From Oikopleura dioica (Eukaryota > Animalia > Chordata): DNA of 64,000 nt. The position numbers were made by a program, and so were the translations under genes. Location of the stretch: the NCBI GenBank assembly GCA_907165135.1, contig OU015569.1:992001-1056000 (forward strand), written 5' to 3'. Position 1 is the first letter of the stretch; each line of letters opens with the position of its first letter. Of the stretch, positions 49,800 to 62,627 are shown piece by piece. The notes under the pieces were generated by a model. The model made no database searches. It was not told the DNA's origin and was given only the letters and a program-made list of their open reading frames with translations.

Positions 49800-51050
49800 T
49801 CAAAGACTTACACAGGAATAATCCTGTAAGCAGAGCAGGAGACCGGATCTTGATTCGCGAAAGCGGAAGAAGTGGCAGGACATCACAAAATCTCTTATCA
49901 GCGAGCGGTACATCTTCTTACAACGGTGCGTATTACGATATTTCCGAAATAACAAATCAAGCAGAAGAAGAAGAACTGTGAAGAAGTTGTAGTTCCCGGG
50001 ATTGGATTCTGCGAGAAGCGGAAAATTGATAAACGAAAAGGCAAGAGGACTTGACTTTACCAAGCGCGTGATTAAAACTGCTCTTTCAATTGCTCTTTTC
50101 AATGCTTTCATTTCTTTATTTTTTTCAGATTTTTTTCTTATTTTAAGAAAGACAGTTTTATGAATCTTTGCTAGTCTCTTACAGTAGACTAGAACTGGCG
50201 CAGTCAAAGATCACGAGATAAAGTTCGGTAAATAAGGCTTTGGATTTTTCGAATATCGGCAACGACTTGATTGTACTGCTTCTTGTACTGGACGAGTGAT
50301 CTTTCTATTCTCCGCTTTTCTTCCCTCACTTTCTTTGCACTTTCTCGTACCGACTTTTTGCTCTCATGCATTTTGCGTCTTTCACTCCTTGTCTTCGGGC
50401 GAAGTTTTTTCATAAGAAAATTAATTGAACGGGAAATTTCCTTTTGGTGTTTTTCTTTTGTCTCGAGTTTGCCGAAGAGATTGTGAAGTTCACCAACATT
50501 TTGAGTGATAACTTCAGAAGACCAGAGCTTCAGTTCTCGAGCATGATTGGAAGAATGCAACTTGTAGACTCGCATAGTTCAGAATAATCGGTTCAAAAGA
50601 TAAATTAATATTGAATTTTAGGGCTCTTGTTCTTTGAATGTTTCCCTTATAAACCCATCTGGCTGATTTTATGCCGCCGAAAACTGTATTTTAGCGCCCT
50701 CTGACCCCAGATTAGATCTATCTAATCTGATTACGATCATTCCTCTCAGCAGGAGACGGAACTATCATTCTTTTTCGTTTTGACATGGACTAGTGTTAAT
50801 GCAAGCTAGGGTAAATTTTATGGAGCTAGAAGATGCACTCATCAATCTCGAGTTTTGTCTAAAAGGAAGAGAGATGGCATTGAACAAGTTGCGCGCGCCA
50901 AAAGTGCGATAATATTAATATACAATTAAATTGATTATCTAAATATTGGCAAGTGTATATGCAACAAAGGGCGGCGCTCATTTCCTTCAAGGAAAGGAAC
51001 GGCTCAAAATGATTGAGAACCTCTTCCGGAGCGCTCAAAGACACAAACAT
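49800..51050 (-). CDS. Uncharacterised basic coiled-coil protein
   Basis: ORF 50204-50575 is K/R/E-rich and heptad-like, with flanking ORFs on the same strand; gene model unresolved. Confidence 0.3.
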
Positions 51051-51454
51051 TATATTATTATAAAACAGATGTCACTTTTTTGACAGTTATTTGACTGCTC
51101 CTCTTGTTGAGATAATGGTGATTTTACAGCCGCCTGATTGATCTCTTACTTTGCCGAAAAAAGAAATTTCTGCAGAAGATGCTTTTCGCGAAGAAAAAAA
51201 AGGACAATTTGTATTTTGGTGCAATTTTTATTTGAAGGAATTCTATAATATCGCGTGTGAGGTCAGATAGGCTACGCTTATAGATAGGGTTGAGCTTTCT
51301 GTAAACATAGAAATGTGTCATTCGCGCTGTCTTTTTCAGCACAAGTAATAATGTCATTATCACGGAAATGTATGTACAGGAAGGAATACGTCAGTTTCAT
51401 TTTGTTTTATACAGGCATGTAAATTTCTTTAAAAGAAAGGGTCGATTTTTCTCG

Positions 51455-54400
51455 TTAGTTTGTGCCGATGCATCGGACATAGTTGCTCATGCATTCTGGT
51501 CGTGGGAGACATCCTCGCCAGACTGAACAGTCTTCTTTTTGAATCTTCTGTTTGTATGGATTGACAGCTTGAACAGCTTGGCCGACCTCTTCTCTCTGTC
51601 TCATTGGTTCCCCGTTAACAAAGGCGACTTCCCAAGCGCTCCAACTAGGATGCTCAGTGGGTGCCGGACGATTCTTATCCGGCCAGTAGGGACCAATCTT
51701 CTTAGTATCTGGATGAACGCATGAGACGACCGTTTGAGCCTGGCAGTAGCCTAAGTAGGAAGTGCAACGAAGCCAGTAGCAGACTTTGTCGCTGGGGATA
51801 AGGCCGGAGAACTGTTGCCCCTTCCAGCCGCATTGGCAGTTGCTATTTACTCTGAATGAAGGCGATAAGAAGTTTTGATACACTCAAGTGTCGCGTCTAA
51901 CACGTTTATCATTCCTTAGTTGCATTACTCAGTATCTCTCAGCTTTTTATCATAATAAAGTACCAACCTGTTAATGTAGGAGTTGCTAGGCGAGGGCTGC
52001 ACGTTGCAGATTGGCGTTGAAGTTCGAAGAATACATCCAGAGCCACAGGTGCGTGTTTGACGGCAGTTTGCGCTCATCTCGAAAATGGCAGATTCATTTT
52101 CTCTAAGATTTCGACCGTTACTACTGCAAGTGCACGGAGTAGGATAGGCTCTTGTTGTTGTGGTTGTTCTTTGAGTTGTTGGTCTGAAAGGATTCATATT
52201 CCATAGCCATCCTAAGGATCCTTGAGTTGTTGTAATTGTTGTGGGAGGTTCAGTGCTTGCTGTAGTGATGGTTGGTCTTTGAGTTGTTGACTTGAAAGGG
52301 TTCATGTTCCAGAACCATGGAGCTAAGGATTCTTGAGTAGTTGTCGTTGCCCTTGTCGTGGTCGTTGCTTTTGTAGTGGTTTTGGTTGTAGATCGTGTCG
52401 TTGGAATTGTTGGCCGAGGTGCTGGTGGCGTGGTTCGCGCTTGTCCTTTAATCAAGGCATTAGACACAAGTTCCATCGTGTCACAGATTGGTGTGAGCTC
52501 TTGGATCTCACATGATTGACGGCAGATAATCACTTGAGAACAAGCCTTGGTTATCTGAATCTGCTCGATTCGACCTTCTCGGATTTTGTCACCACGGCTA
52601 GATATGCAAGTGCATTCAGTTGGAAGATTTTCTTCCTTTGTTGTCGTGCTTTTTGAAGTTGTTGTTGTCGAAGAAGTTGTTGTCGTAACAGTTGTTTTTG
52701 TTGTTGTCGTAGTCGTACTCGTAGTCGTACTCGTAATCGTAGTTGTAGTTGTTGTCGTAGTCGTAGTCGTGGTTGTTGTTGAAGTACTAGTGGTACTTGT
52801 AGTCGTGGTCATAGTTGTAGTCGTACTGGTACTCGTTGTCGTAGGGCTTATCTTGGTAGTTGTTATTCTAGCTGTGGTGACTGTTGTTGTTGATGACATA
52901 GACACGGTGGAAGATGAAATTTTGCTGGTTTCCGATGTTGTCGATACTGTCGTAGTTGTAGGAACTTTGGTTGTAATATTTATGGCGGCAGCCATTAAAC
53001 GTTGGGCTTCGTCAATGATTTGCTCAGAAGAACTTATTTCAATTTTCGTAGTCGTTGTTTTGGTGGTCGTAGAAGTTGATGACGTAGTGGTTGTAGTTGT
53101 TGATGTAGTTGAGCCAGCCTTTGTTGTCGTGGTAGTAGTAACTTTTGTAGTTGTTGTCGTAGTAGTCGTAGTCGTAGTGGTCGTAGCCGTTGTAGTCGTA
53201 GTTGTAGTTGTTGTAGTCGACGTTGTTGTCGTAGTCGTTGTATCCGTTGTAGTCGTTGAAGTCGTAGTAGTCGTAGTTGAAGTAGTTGTCGAAGTCGTAG
53301 TTATGGTTGTAGTAGACGTGGTTGTAGTCGTAGTTTTCGTACTAGTCGTTGTAGTCGTAGTATTCGTGGTTGTCGTAGTCGTGGTTGTAGTCGTTGTAGT
53401 CGTTTTGGTGGCCGTAGCCGTAACTGTTACAGTTGTAGTTGTAGCTTTAGTTGTTTGTTCGTAGGTTCTAGGCCTGTATCCTTCGTATAACTTTCCATTT
53501 CCAGGATCATTTTCGATAATACAATTTGAATTGGCCGGAAAGTCGCAAGTTCCATCGACAGAATTTACATAGGCTCTCCAGGCTGTTCCCGGAGCACATG
53601 TCTTGATAAAAGGAACTCGTTGTTCGTCGCACTGAATAAATTCTTCGCAAGACCAGTGAGCAGGAAGGTGCGGTGCCAGCACTGATGCAGGAATTCTCTC
53701 ACACTCGTCTTGCGCATATGCTTCATTGCTTTTCAGCGGAAGGACGTTTTCCCTGAACTCTCCAACAGTGTTTCCTCCCTCGGAGTATCTCGCGACAATG
53801 TAGAGGTTATCTTCATCAGAATATGCATGCGCCATGCAAACCGCCGTCGTACTCTTCCAAACAATTTGAGTGAAGTGGCCAGTCATTGGCGTGAACATGG
53901 CCATTTGATAAAAGTATCGCGTTCTTTCGTTGTACCAGTTCTTCACGGCATTTTCATAATGCTCATCAGCTTTGCTCGGAACGGTATACCAGACACCATT
54001 CTTAGAAAAGCGATTTGAAAAGGAAACGCGTAAAATTAAATCTTACCTCGCTGCGGCGGATGGGAGTCACTTGGTACAAATTCTCGCCGAGTCCCTTTTG
54101 ACCGAGCGTTTGGTCGTGCTCGAATGTTTCAGTGCTCGCCAAAAGGTTTGCGTGTCTTTGAGCATCAGCACAAAGCGAAGGATCATAGACAAGGTCTGGG
54201 GTGTCAACGTGTCTTCTTCTACGTTCATTATGGCCATCGAGACTGATTCTATTGAGAAGTTCTTGGCATTCTTCGACGCAATCGTAAGAGCTTTCACTCA
54301 AAAGGAATTCAGAGCAAGGATCTGTAAGGCATTCTCGCGATCTTGATTTCATTGGACGCTTGATTGGATACTCAGTGTGTTTTTACTCAAGTAAACTATT

Positions 54401-57095
54401 TTATAATAAATTCTTGATACCAATGATAGCAGGTCTTTGCCCGGGATTTGAAGCTGTTCGCCACGGATGGCGAACAAGTTATCCGGTCAGCCAATCACAA
54501 GACAGGATTCTCTTAGTGGCGGCGTAACCCCGGATTTGAGTCTGCTATCATTGGTATAATAGTTGACCCAAAGAATATCCATTCCTTTTCGCTGCAGGAG
54601 CATTTCGACCACTGTTCCCATTCTGTAAACTCTTCTGCGACAGCTTGTTTCAAAATCACATCTGGTGGTGTCAAAAGCTCCGCTTCCAAAAGAATCGTTT
54701 GATCGTCTGTTTCTTCTTTATTGAGTTTAATTTTCGTTTGATTTTTATCTTCTTCCTTGATTGAGGCAAGAATTTGAATGGTATTCTCTCGCCAGTTGAC
54801 CCACTCCATCTGTTGAAAGATTTCCCTTGTTACCTTGCGCAGCTCGAGTTGGTCAAACTTTGGCTGAAATTATAGTTTTATTACAGGCTAGAAGCGAGGC
54901 TTATCGAACCTCAGTGGTGTAGACAAGGAACTGGAGCTCAAACAAGTTTTCACGCAGCCTGTTAACATCTGGGCCCATGATCCGAGTGTTCTCGCCGAGC
55001 CGAAGTCTCAAGCGCTCATAAGTTTCATCGCGAAGATAACGGATTGGGTCCGAAATCTGGTTACTCTTTATCGTCACATCCAAGTCCATTAAAAACGTCT
55101 GAAAGAAAAATCAGCTCAATTGATAACAATTACGATTTCAAAGATCAAAGATGGAATATCAATTATTCTCAAATTTGGCTCGTGCATTGAAACGTGCGCT
55201 CGCTTTGATTGATCGAGTGCCGATATCTATACTTACGCGAACTTCATTTGGACTCTCGATCAAAATTGGACCCTTGGCTTGTTTTCGCTGTGTTCGCTGT
55301 CGTTTTTGGGTTCGCGTAACGGCCACGCGGGCAAAAGAAGTGTTGTTTTGCGCTAAATTAAAAAAAGTTATTTGCAAAAAAATATTTGCTGTAAAACACA
55401 CCTTTGTCTTTCCACTGGACTTCTTCGATGCTTCCCTTGGGTGCTCGGGTAGGATGGGGTTTCCAGCTTGTCGTCTTTTCGATAAAGGTGCTTTCAGCGT
55501 CTGTTTCTTGTGACTCAGCGGTCGATGTCGATTTTAGTTTGATTTGAATTCCGGAATTTCCACGGTATTTTTTCAGTCTTCGTTCGAGAATATTGTCCAG
55601 CTGCTTTCTCAGATTATTGAGCTGGTCGCAGACGCTTGAATCGTTCATTTCCTCGAAAAGCTCCATTTCGATTCGCAGCTCTTCGTTTTTCATCTCGGTT
55701 TCTTTGACGTGGGACTCGAGAGCTCCGATTTCAGCCTAAAATTTAAATTTTAGAATAAAAATTCAAAAGCGTTCTTTGGAAGGGCTTAAACTTGTAGTGT
55801 GCTCACCTGAAGCGCCTTGATTTGTGCATTCAAGACGTCGGCATCTCGTTCGCCAGCAACAGTATCCACGCACGCGCCAGCAAAGCACTCTTCTTGCTCT
55901 CGATTGCGCCCGCTGCAGAGTTTTTGGTGTCCTCGACAAGCACGCTCGCGCAATCGCAATCCATTACCGCATGTTCGCGAACATCTGGTCCAGCCAGTCC
56001 AAGCGGCCCAGCCTTAATTTTCACTGGGTTAATTTCACAGCCCAAAAAGACGCGATAAGGAACATATTTGCATTGATAAACGGCCAGAACATGCAACATG
56101 TGGATAATTTGTTTAGACCACGTTTACTGACACGAAAATCTGATCCAAGATGTTGATATTAGCCCAGAAATTGCATCAGAAAAGAGTGAGAACCCAAATT
56201 TTCGCCTCTAAATTTGAGGGGTGTCAGGAACCGACTAAAAATCTCGACAAATTTTGCGTGGGCGGCTACATGGCTGCTGATTGGCCGGTTGGCCGAATGC
56301 AGGCTTCTGATTGGTTGAAATTTCCACGCAAAATTTCTCGGGATTTTTTGTCGTTTCCGACACCTCCCCAAATTTTCGGCTAGAATTTCGGGCTTTCCCT
56401 GTACAGTGAAAACTCAAAATTTGCCTTCTCAAAATTTGGCCGGTTTTGGTCGAAATTGACTGATTTTTGAATCTGAAAAAGACTCAAAAATTGGCCGCTT
56501 TTTCAAAAATAAAAAATTTTGTATCAACAATGTGCCAAAATTATGCTATTTATGCTATTTTAAATCATTTCAAATGACAAAATTCTAATAAAAACGACTT
56601 CAAACAAGCTAAATTTGAATAAAATTCATCAAAAATGTGAAAATCATGCCGATTTTCGAATTATACGAAAATTTTCTTTTTTGAAGGAGAAATTTGGCAA
56701 CTCGGCAAAGAACTCAAAATTTGGCCGGTTTTTATGCGAATTCGGATCTGAAAACCGGCCAATTTTTGAGTTTTCACTGTAATTCAATTAATTGACGACA
56801 CTTACCGCACTGAAGCTCGTCTGATCCATCGAGGCAGTCGTAGTATCCGTCACAGACTGCGTCCCGTTTCACGCACTTGCCGTCTTTTACGCATCGGAAA
56901 TCCGCTCTTCCACATTGGCTCGAGTCTAAATCCAAATTGTTACATTCAAAAGGCGCCTTTTTCTGAAGAAGTGAGTGCTGGTCCGCGGCGGATTCGTGAG
57001 GATAAGTTAAATTACCGCCTGCGCCAGGTTGCAACATTGTTCACGTTAAAAGAACCAGTTCGGACAAACAAAAACTGACAGAGGAATGTCCTCAT
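51455..57095 (-). CDS. Large secreted mosaic: LDLa, TSP1, coiled coil, TSP1-like, CAP, chitin-binding type 2, Thr-rich mucin, Cys modules
   Basis: LDLa [20 protein letters not shown] splices in phase 1 to TSP1 [17 protein letters not shown]; CAP motifs [27 protein letters not shown]; six-Cys ChtBD2; long poly-Thr; not every middle junction was traced. Confidence 0.7.
56183..56393. repeat. Palindromic MITE-like repeat in intron
   Basis: ~75-bp inverted arms CCCAAATTTTCG...GCGTGG / CCACGC...AATTTCGGG around two CTGATTGG motifs. Confidence 0.65.
56404..56779. mobile_element. Tc1/mariner-type MITE
   Basis: TA on both sides; TIR CAGTGAAAACTCAAAA / TTTTGAGTTTTCACTG; internal repeats of CTCAAAATTTGGCCGG. 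Confidence 0.8.
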
Positions 57096-57261
57096 TGCGA
57101 GGGTAGCAGGGGACACAAAAATTTACGACTACAATTTTAGAAAAAAGCAGAAAACGCTTCATGCGCTCAAGATGGCACAAGTCTGATCAAAGATCGCTGG
57201 TACTTGAAGAGAGATCCTCTCTCGCCCAAAAATCAAGACCGTCCAGTTTAATCAGTGTGCC

Positions 57262-57986
57262 CTTATCAGTTTCAAGTTGTTCTTCTTTTTGTTACCGACG
57301 GCTGCGTGTGACTCTCAATTACCGAAGAAAAGCACGTGCGACATTAATCTACCCGCTTTAAAAAACGTGAAAAACCTTAATATAATTTTGGCGCAAGCGG
57401 CTTAGCGGTTATAGCTTAAGCGCTTTGTAACGTTCACTGTATCATTATTTTTGTTGGAACGCGCGACTTGAAAAAAGGTTAAAATTGGATAAAACGTGGT
57501 TCCAAAAAGGTCAATGAAGGAAAGAAGCCACTGTACTTTTTAATTATTCAATCCTCGAATAAAAACGAATAATTTTAGTGTTTTTCTCAAAATAATAGGC
57601 ATCTTATCTTATCTTCTTTGAACAACAAACTGATAACTTAGGGTAAACTGAGAATTCAACTCAAGAAAAAGAGAAAAGTTGACGTTTGATAAATCGTGAG
57701 GAGAATCGAAGATCTTATTTGGAAACTTACCGCTAGTCTCTTTGGCGAAGCACCAAATGTCGCCTTTCGCCCCAGAACTGTCAAAGCAGCAGCCTCGCGC
57801 TTCGCAAATCCATTTCTCGATTCCGGGCCAGCCGCACTCGACGCGCTTAGACGCCTCGATGGAACACTCGCCGCTGTCTTCTTTGTCTACAAAACATACT
57901 TTAAAACCCAGCAAAAGGGAAACAAGAGGAATATAAAAAATAACACCAATAGTAATAAAAAATAAAGCATTGAAAAAGAAAGCCAA
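57262..57986 (-). CDS. Trefoil (P-type) domain protein with preceding hydrophobic stretch
   Basis: CSIEASKRVECGWPGIEKWICEARGCCFDSSGAKGDIWCF is a six-Cys trefoil; exon ends at a GTAAGT donor; gene ends uncertain. Confidence 0.7.
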
Positions 57987-58983
57987 AGAAAGTTTTTAAG
58001 AAAGGTACACCCTTAAACTCAAACGCCAGCTGTGTTGATCCCGCCGCAAGAAGTAGTAAGTATGGCAGGCTTCCTTTTCTTTTTGTACAAAAAAATTCTT
58101 GCAGCTGCCTTCTGGGACAATAGAATTAACGCCCGGACGCGGGAAAATGTTGCTAGAACCTTTTCTAGAGCGCTCGTTCGGGGCTTAGGAGGGGTGACTA
58201 TCATTCTCAGCCTCGAAAATACAATTAACCCGTGAAAGAAGAAAGAAGGGCTCGTGCAAACAGTACTGAAGTGGCTCATTTTTGTAGACAACGGATAAGA
58301 AGCTGTAAAAAATAGAAGCACCTGGCGGCTTGATGGATAATTTGAAATTATCAAAAGCCTTGACATAAAAATTAAAAAAATTGAGTTCTACAAAAAAATA
58401 CCCATTGCAATAATTTTGTTGCTTTCTGGATTTTGAGGTCGTCGGATGCTCATTGAGCTCGTGGAGATTGTCTTTTCCGGGAGGTACTTTTTGCCCCGTC
58501 TGTATTCTTTACCTGACAGTAGACCCTTCTTCGACCGCCTTTTCTGTGCTGTGGATATTGAGCAGCATAAAGCTATAAGTGAAAGTTAATTAAAAGTGAT
58601 AGTTTAGAGAGCTAAAATACATTTCCCCTTTGCTATTATCCGTAATTGAGGCATAAATTGACGCCCTTGAAAATAATTGATTCAGGAGGAGAATCAATTT
58701 TTACAACAACAGTAATTCTTCACGTGAGGACTCGCAGGTCTATGCGGTAAGCCATTTGAAAATATTATTTTATCTGGCTGCAGTTTTCAATAGAACACGC
58801 TCCTGCCGAAAGATGTTACACTGGTATTTAGATTGACCGCGGAGGAAAAGAAAACGCCTCGAAATCACGGGCTTCTTATGGTCGACCTTGTCTGGAAAAG
58901 AGAATTCAGAAAGTACTCCGTTTTTTCCGACAAAGATGGATGAATAATATAGTCTTCATTTCTAGCGGAATTTGCTTTTTTTA

Positions 58984-59359
58984 GGAGGTAGATATCAAGA
59001 ATCGCCATTTTCCGTCAGACTTTTCTCCCAAAGTTAAAATAGTAACACCCCTATTTTACTTTGGAAACAAAAACTTTAGGCCTTTCTCTATTTCCTATGG
59101 AAGCTGAAATTTCGAATTTCAAAAAAAAAAATTAGGAAAATTTTTCTTCAAAGATCGCTAATTTTCCTAAAATGGTCATTTTATCATCAAGAAGAGATGC
59201 ATTGCGGCACCTCGAAAGCTCAAGAAATTTAATTTTTTGGCTTCTACAGGAAATAGATAATTGCCAGAAATAAATTTTGAGCAGAAAAAATAAGGGGGTC
59301 ACTAAGTTAAAAATTTGAGAAAACACTGACAGGAAATCCGATTATTGATGTCTACCCCC
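58984..59359. mobile_element. Older TTAA/GG-terminus MITE (Kolobok-like)
   Basis: Degenerate ~75-bp TIRs GGAGGTAGATATC / GATGTCTACCCCC; TTAA on the right, TTTA on the left. Confidence 0.6.
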
Positions 59360-60660
59360 TTAAAGTAAGGATTTCAGAAGGCGTAAAATAAATTTTTAGG
59401 AAACCGTTGTTTGGATAAATTTTTACCTGCATTCAACGGTTGAAGGGGCTATTTAGGAAGTTGTATAATCTCGAGACCAAAATTGTTTTCAAAACGCTCT
59501 ACCAAAGATTCAGCGCTTCAAACCCTCATGGCTCTCCATCAAGGAAAAACAAATCGTGAAGAAAATGTTTCCTTCCGGAACTCATTTTTAACACGCTATT
59601 TACACAACAAAAAATGCATAATTAAAAGTTTGCTTTTCCACTAATTTAGTACTTAAAGTTTTGGCTCAATAGGGGCCCCTCAGATTAATGGCTCTATTTC
59701 TGAACATTCAGTCTTACAGCAAGTTACAGTCAAGATTCAAGATTCTCGGACTCACCTGTTAATAAAACGCTTACGCGCATCTCTGTCTGGTTTTTGAGTC
59801 TGTCGGCGTTTCTCTCTTTTTATACGCTGTCGTTGAGGAGTTAAACGCTCGTGTAATAAAGCACCTTTACCGATTCCGGCAGTTGTTAGTGACCAAGCGT
59901 GCTCCGGTCCCGTGGAAATTGTAAAAAGGGAGAGAAAACGTGTGATCTCTCTCGACAGGGAGATTCACCTGTTCCGACTTCTCTTGCTCGCCGTGGAGCG
60001 CTAATTGTTTTTCTTAAATCCGCGGAGATGCCTCCACCGCCACCAAAAGTCCGACGAAAGCGCTCGCGCGCGCCACCTGAAAGCGCGCGATTAGCGCAAC
60101 TACGCGTTCAACAATACAAGGCATACAATCTAAGCGCAAAATACATTCAAGAGCTTCTAAATGCGCATATTCATCATCCTTCTGCTGAATTAGTAGAAAG
60201 ATTAATTCCTCGAAGAAATCCTTCACTTATCATTTCGAGATCTGATCCGATCACTGAAAGCGCATCCTTCTACTTTCTCGGGTAGAAGATAGTCAAAACC
60301 GGATATGCGACAATGCCAAAAAGAGTAGACTTATTCACCAAGGTATCTTCGGCGGATGATCAAGAGAAGGAGGGTTCGAGTAAATTCAAATCCAGTTCGG
60401 ACAGGAAGCTTAGCCGGAATAAAACGCCTTCTCACATTCACTACTTCTCGCGATTTGCTTTTACATAGTCCGAAAGTCCTTATCAAGCAAGGCAAGGTGC
60501 GTCAAGTCCTTCAGAATTTTTATCAGTCCGCCCGAAAAGGGAAGCGACGCGCCAAACTCACACTCCCTTCATTTCTCCGAGAACTCGATCCTCAATTTTG
60601 CTGCCCTCAATTTTGAACCAAAAACTAAAAATAAACCGAAATGAAATTTATTGAAATCGA

Positions 60661-61414
60661 TCAGTAAAGGGTCAAAATATCTTGTTTCTTGAAAAATCGT
60701 TCACAAATCGGACAGTTGTTTCTTCTCTCCAGCACTTTCTCCAAGCAGGATCGCCCAAACTGGTGACCACAGACAACGATGCACGAATGCAGATGCTCCT
60801 CGCCGTCGTAATTTTCAAGACAGATCTCGCACTTGGGAAGGAGCTCCTCTAGTTCCTCATAACGCTCTCGCTCGAAGGATTGAATAAACTCGAAGCGAGC
60901 ACTTCGTTTCCGAGCTTGGAGATTTCTGATGCCGAGCTGGAGCTTGAGGACGCTCTTTTGGCACTTCGAAGCGTAACCTTGGCAAGCTAGAAATAATCAT
61001 ATAACTGTAAATAACTGTTATGAGGTCGAATTAACCTTCATCTGTAGAGCGAAAATGGACTCGACGATGATTGAAAATTTCCCGTGAAAAAGTTTCGGGG
61101 CCTTTTCAATTTCTTTTTGAATATTTTCGAAAGTGTTTGAGGTATCCCGGAAAATTCCCTCCATTCTTTGCAACTTTACAATGTTCTGCTCAGCTGTCTT
61201 TATTTCCTGTAATGGCTATCAATATTTTCGGCTAATAAAATCCAAAGAAAAATGATGACCGGTCCTGATCCATTTCGTGCATTTCGTAGTAAGCGGTGTA
61301 AGTCATCAGCTCTATTTTTCGCTTGAGATTTCGATCGTCGATCTTCAACTCGGCGAGTTTGTTCAAATCTTCGACGGTGAGTGACGGGATGCCGAGTATT
61401 TTATTCTCTTCCAT
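60661..61414 (-). CDS. Coiled-coil protein with C-terminal RING finger
   Basis: Spliced model ends CEICLENYDGEEHLHSCIVVCGHQFGRSCLEKVLERRNNCPICERFFKKQDILTLY*. Confidence 0.8.
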
Positions 61415-61558
61415 ATCGTTTTTTTGAGACTGGCATCTGACCGAGAATTGGATCGGTTTTATACGCTTGTGGGAATGATAAGACTGTCGCGATTATCCCA
61501 CGATCATCAGATGTTGTTGAACTCACTAATTGTTTAGGAATCAAGAAACAGACAAGAG

Positions 61559-61726
61559 GTAGTAGGGGTTATCATTCGAGCTGCCTCTAACCCAGGGGGC
61601 TACGCCCCCCGGGACCCCCTCTGAGGCCTAAGCCAGGGGGCTTCGCCCCCCCAGACCTCCTTTAGAGTTCCCAGTCCCTAACCCTAACCCTAACTAGCCC
61701 AGATTCTAGAGATATTGGATGGCTCG
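61559..61726. mobile_element. Truncated copy of the CCCTAA-containing element
   Basis: Collinear with 3542-3700; (CCCTAA)3; right inverted end missing. Confidence 0.75.
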
Positions 61727-62627
61727 CAAGAGCTGCTTCTTTGAAAGTACGATTCATCAAGAGTACCTCGCTGCTCCGGAAAGAACTAGACAGCTGTTTG
61801 ATTATCGATTCTCAGTCAGCTCCACAAAGAATGTTCTTGCTGTTTCCGAATTCGAGAAGGAATAATCGCCACGTCGTTTGTTTTAAAAGTCACGGCGGCC
61901 GGACATCAACGCTCCCGAATCACTTTCGTTTTTACTATCTCAAATGGGGAGCGCGCACAATTGGCTTCTAAATGATTTCCGCGAAGAGGGTTGACTCTCA
62001 AAGTCCGTCAATTAAAGGGTGAATATGCTACGTTTTTGCTCTCCGATTGCGCCGGTTTAATTGAGATCGAGAGTCGTGGTTTTTCGCAGTGGTGATTAAA
62101 TACATAATGCGCACTAGTCACTCATTCGAGAATGATTTTTAGAAGTTCTAAATTCTTTAAAATTTGAAGTTCGAGAACGATAAACTTGTTTGAATGGCAG
62201 CTTAGGAAGTAATGACGTCTTTAAAAGCCGGGAACACATAGCGCAAGGCCATTAAAATATCCATCCGCTGCCAGGGGGTTCTATAGAAAAGTAACGCTCT
62301 TGCAGAACTTATGCAAGAGACATATGCAGAATGCAATAATTAATATATTAACCCTGCATTTTTAACATTCTCGGAGAAACAGCTTTGCTACCTCTGTAGG
62401 GCAACAGTTAGTAATAGTCATTATCAGACTGAGATCATGTGAGCCGAATTTGACCTGAAGGGCGGTGAACTCGAGATGATAATTTAATCATAGAAGCACT
62501 CTTTTTTCCGCTCACTTTTTCGATAATTCACGGAGGGGATAGCTACCAGCTCGAAATCATAGAAAAAGGTCACTAAGAATAACCACAAAAATAACTAAAA
62601 GTTTATTTGAATGATGATGCTCATTGC

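Noticed and set aside
52586-53464. 292-aa poly-Val ORF on the + strand
   Set aside because: Antisense shadow of the poly-Thr mucin region.
59899-60616. Basic ORFs on the + strand
   Set aside because: No recognisable domain or consistent splice model; left unannotated.
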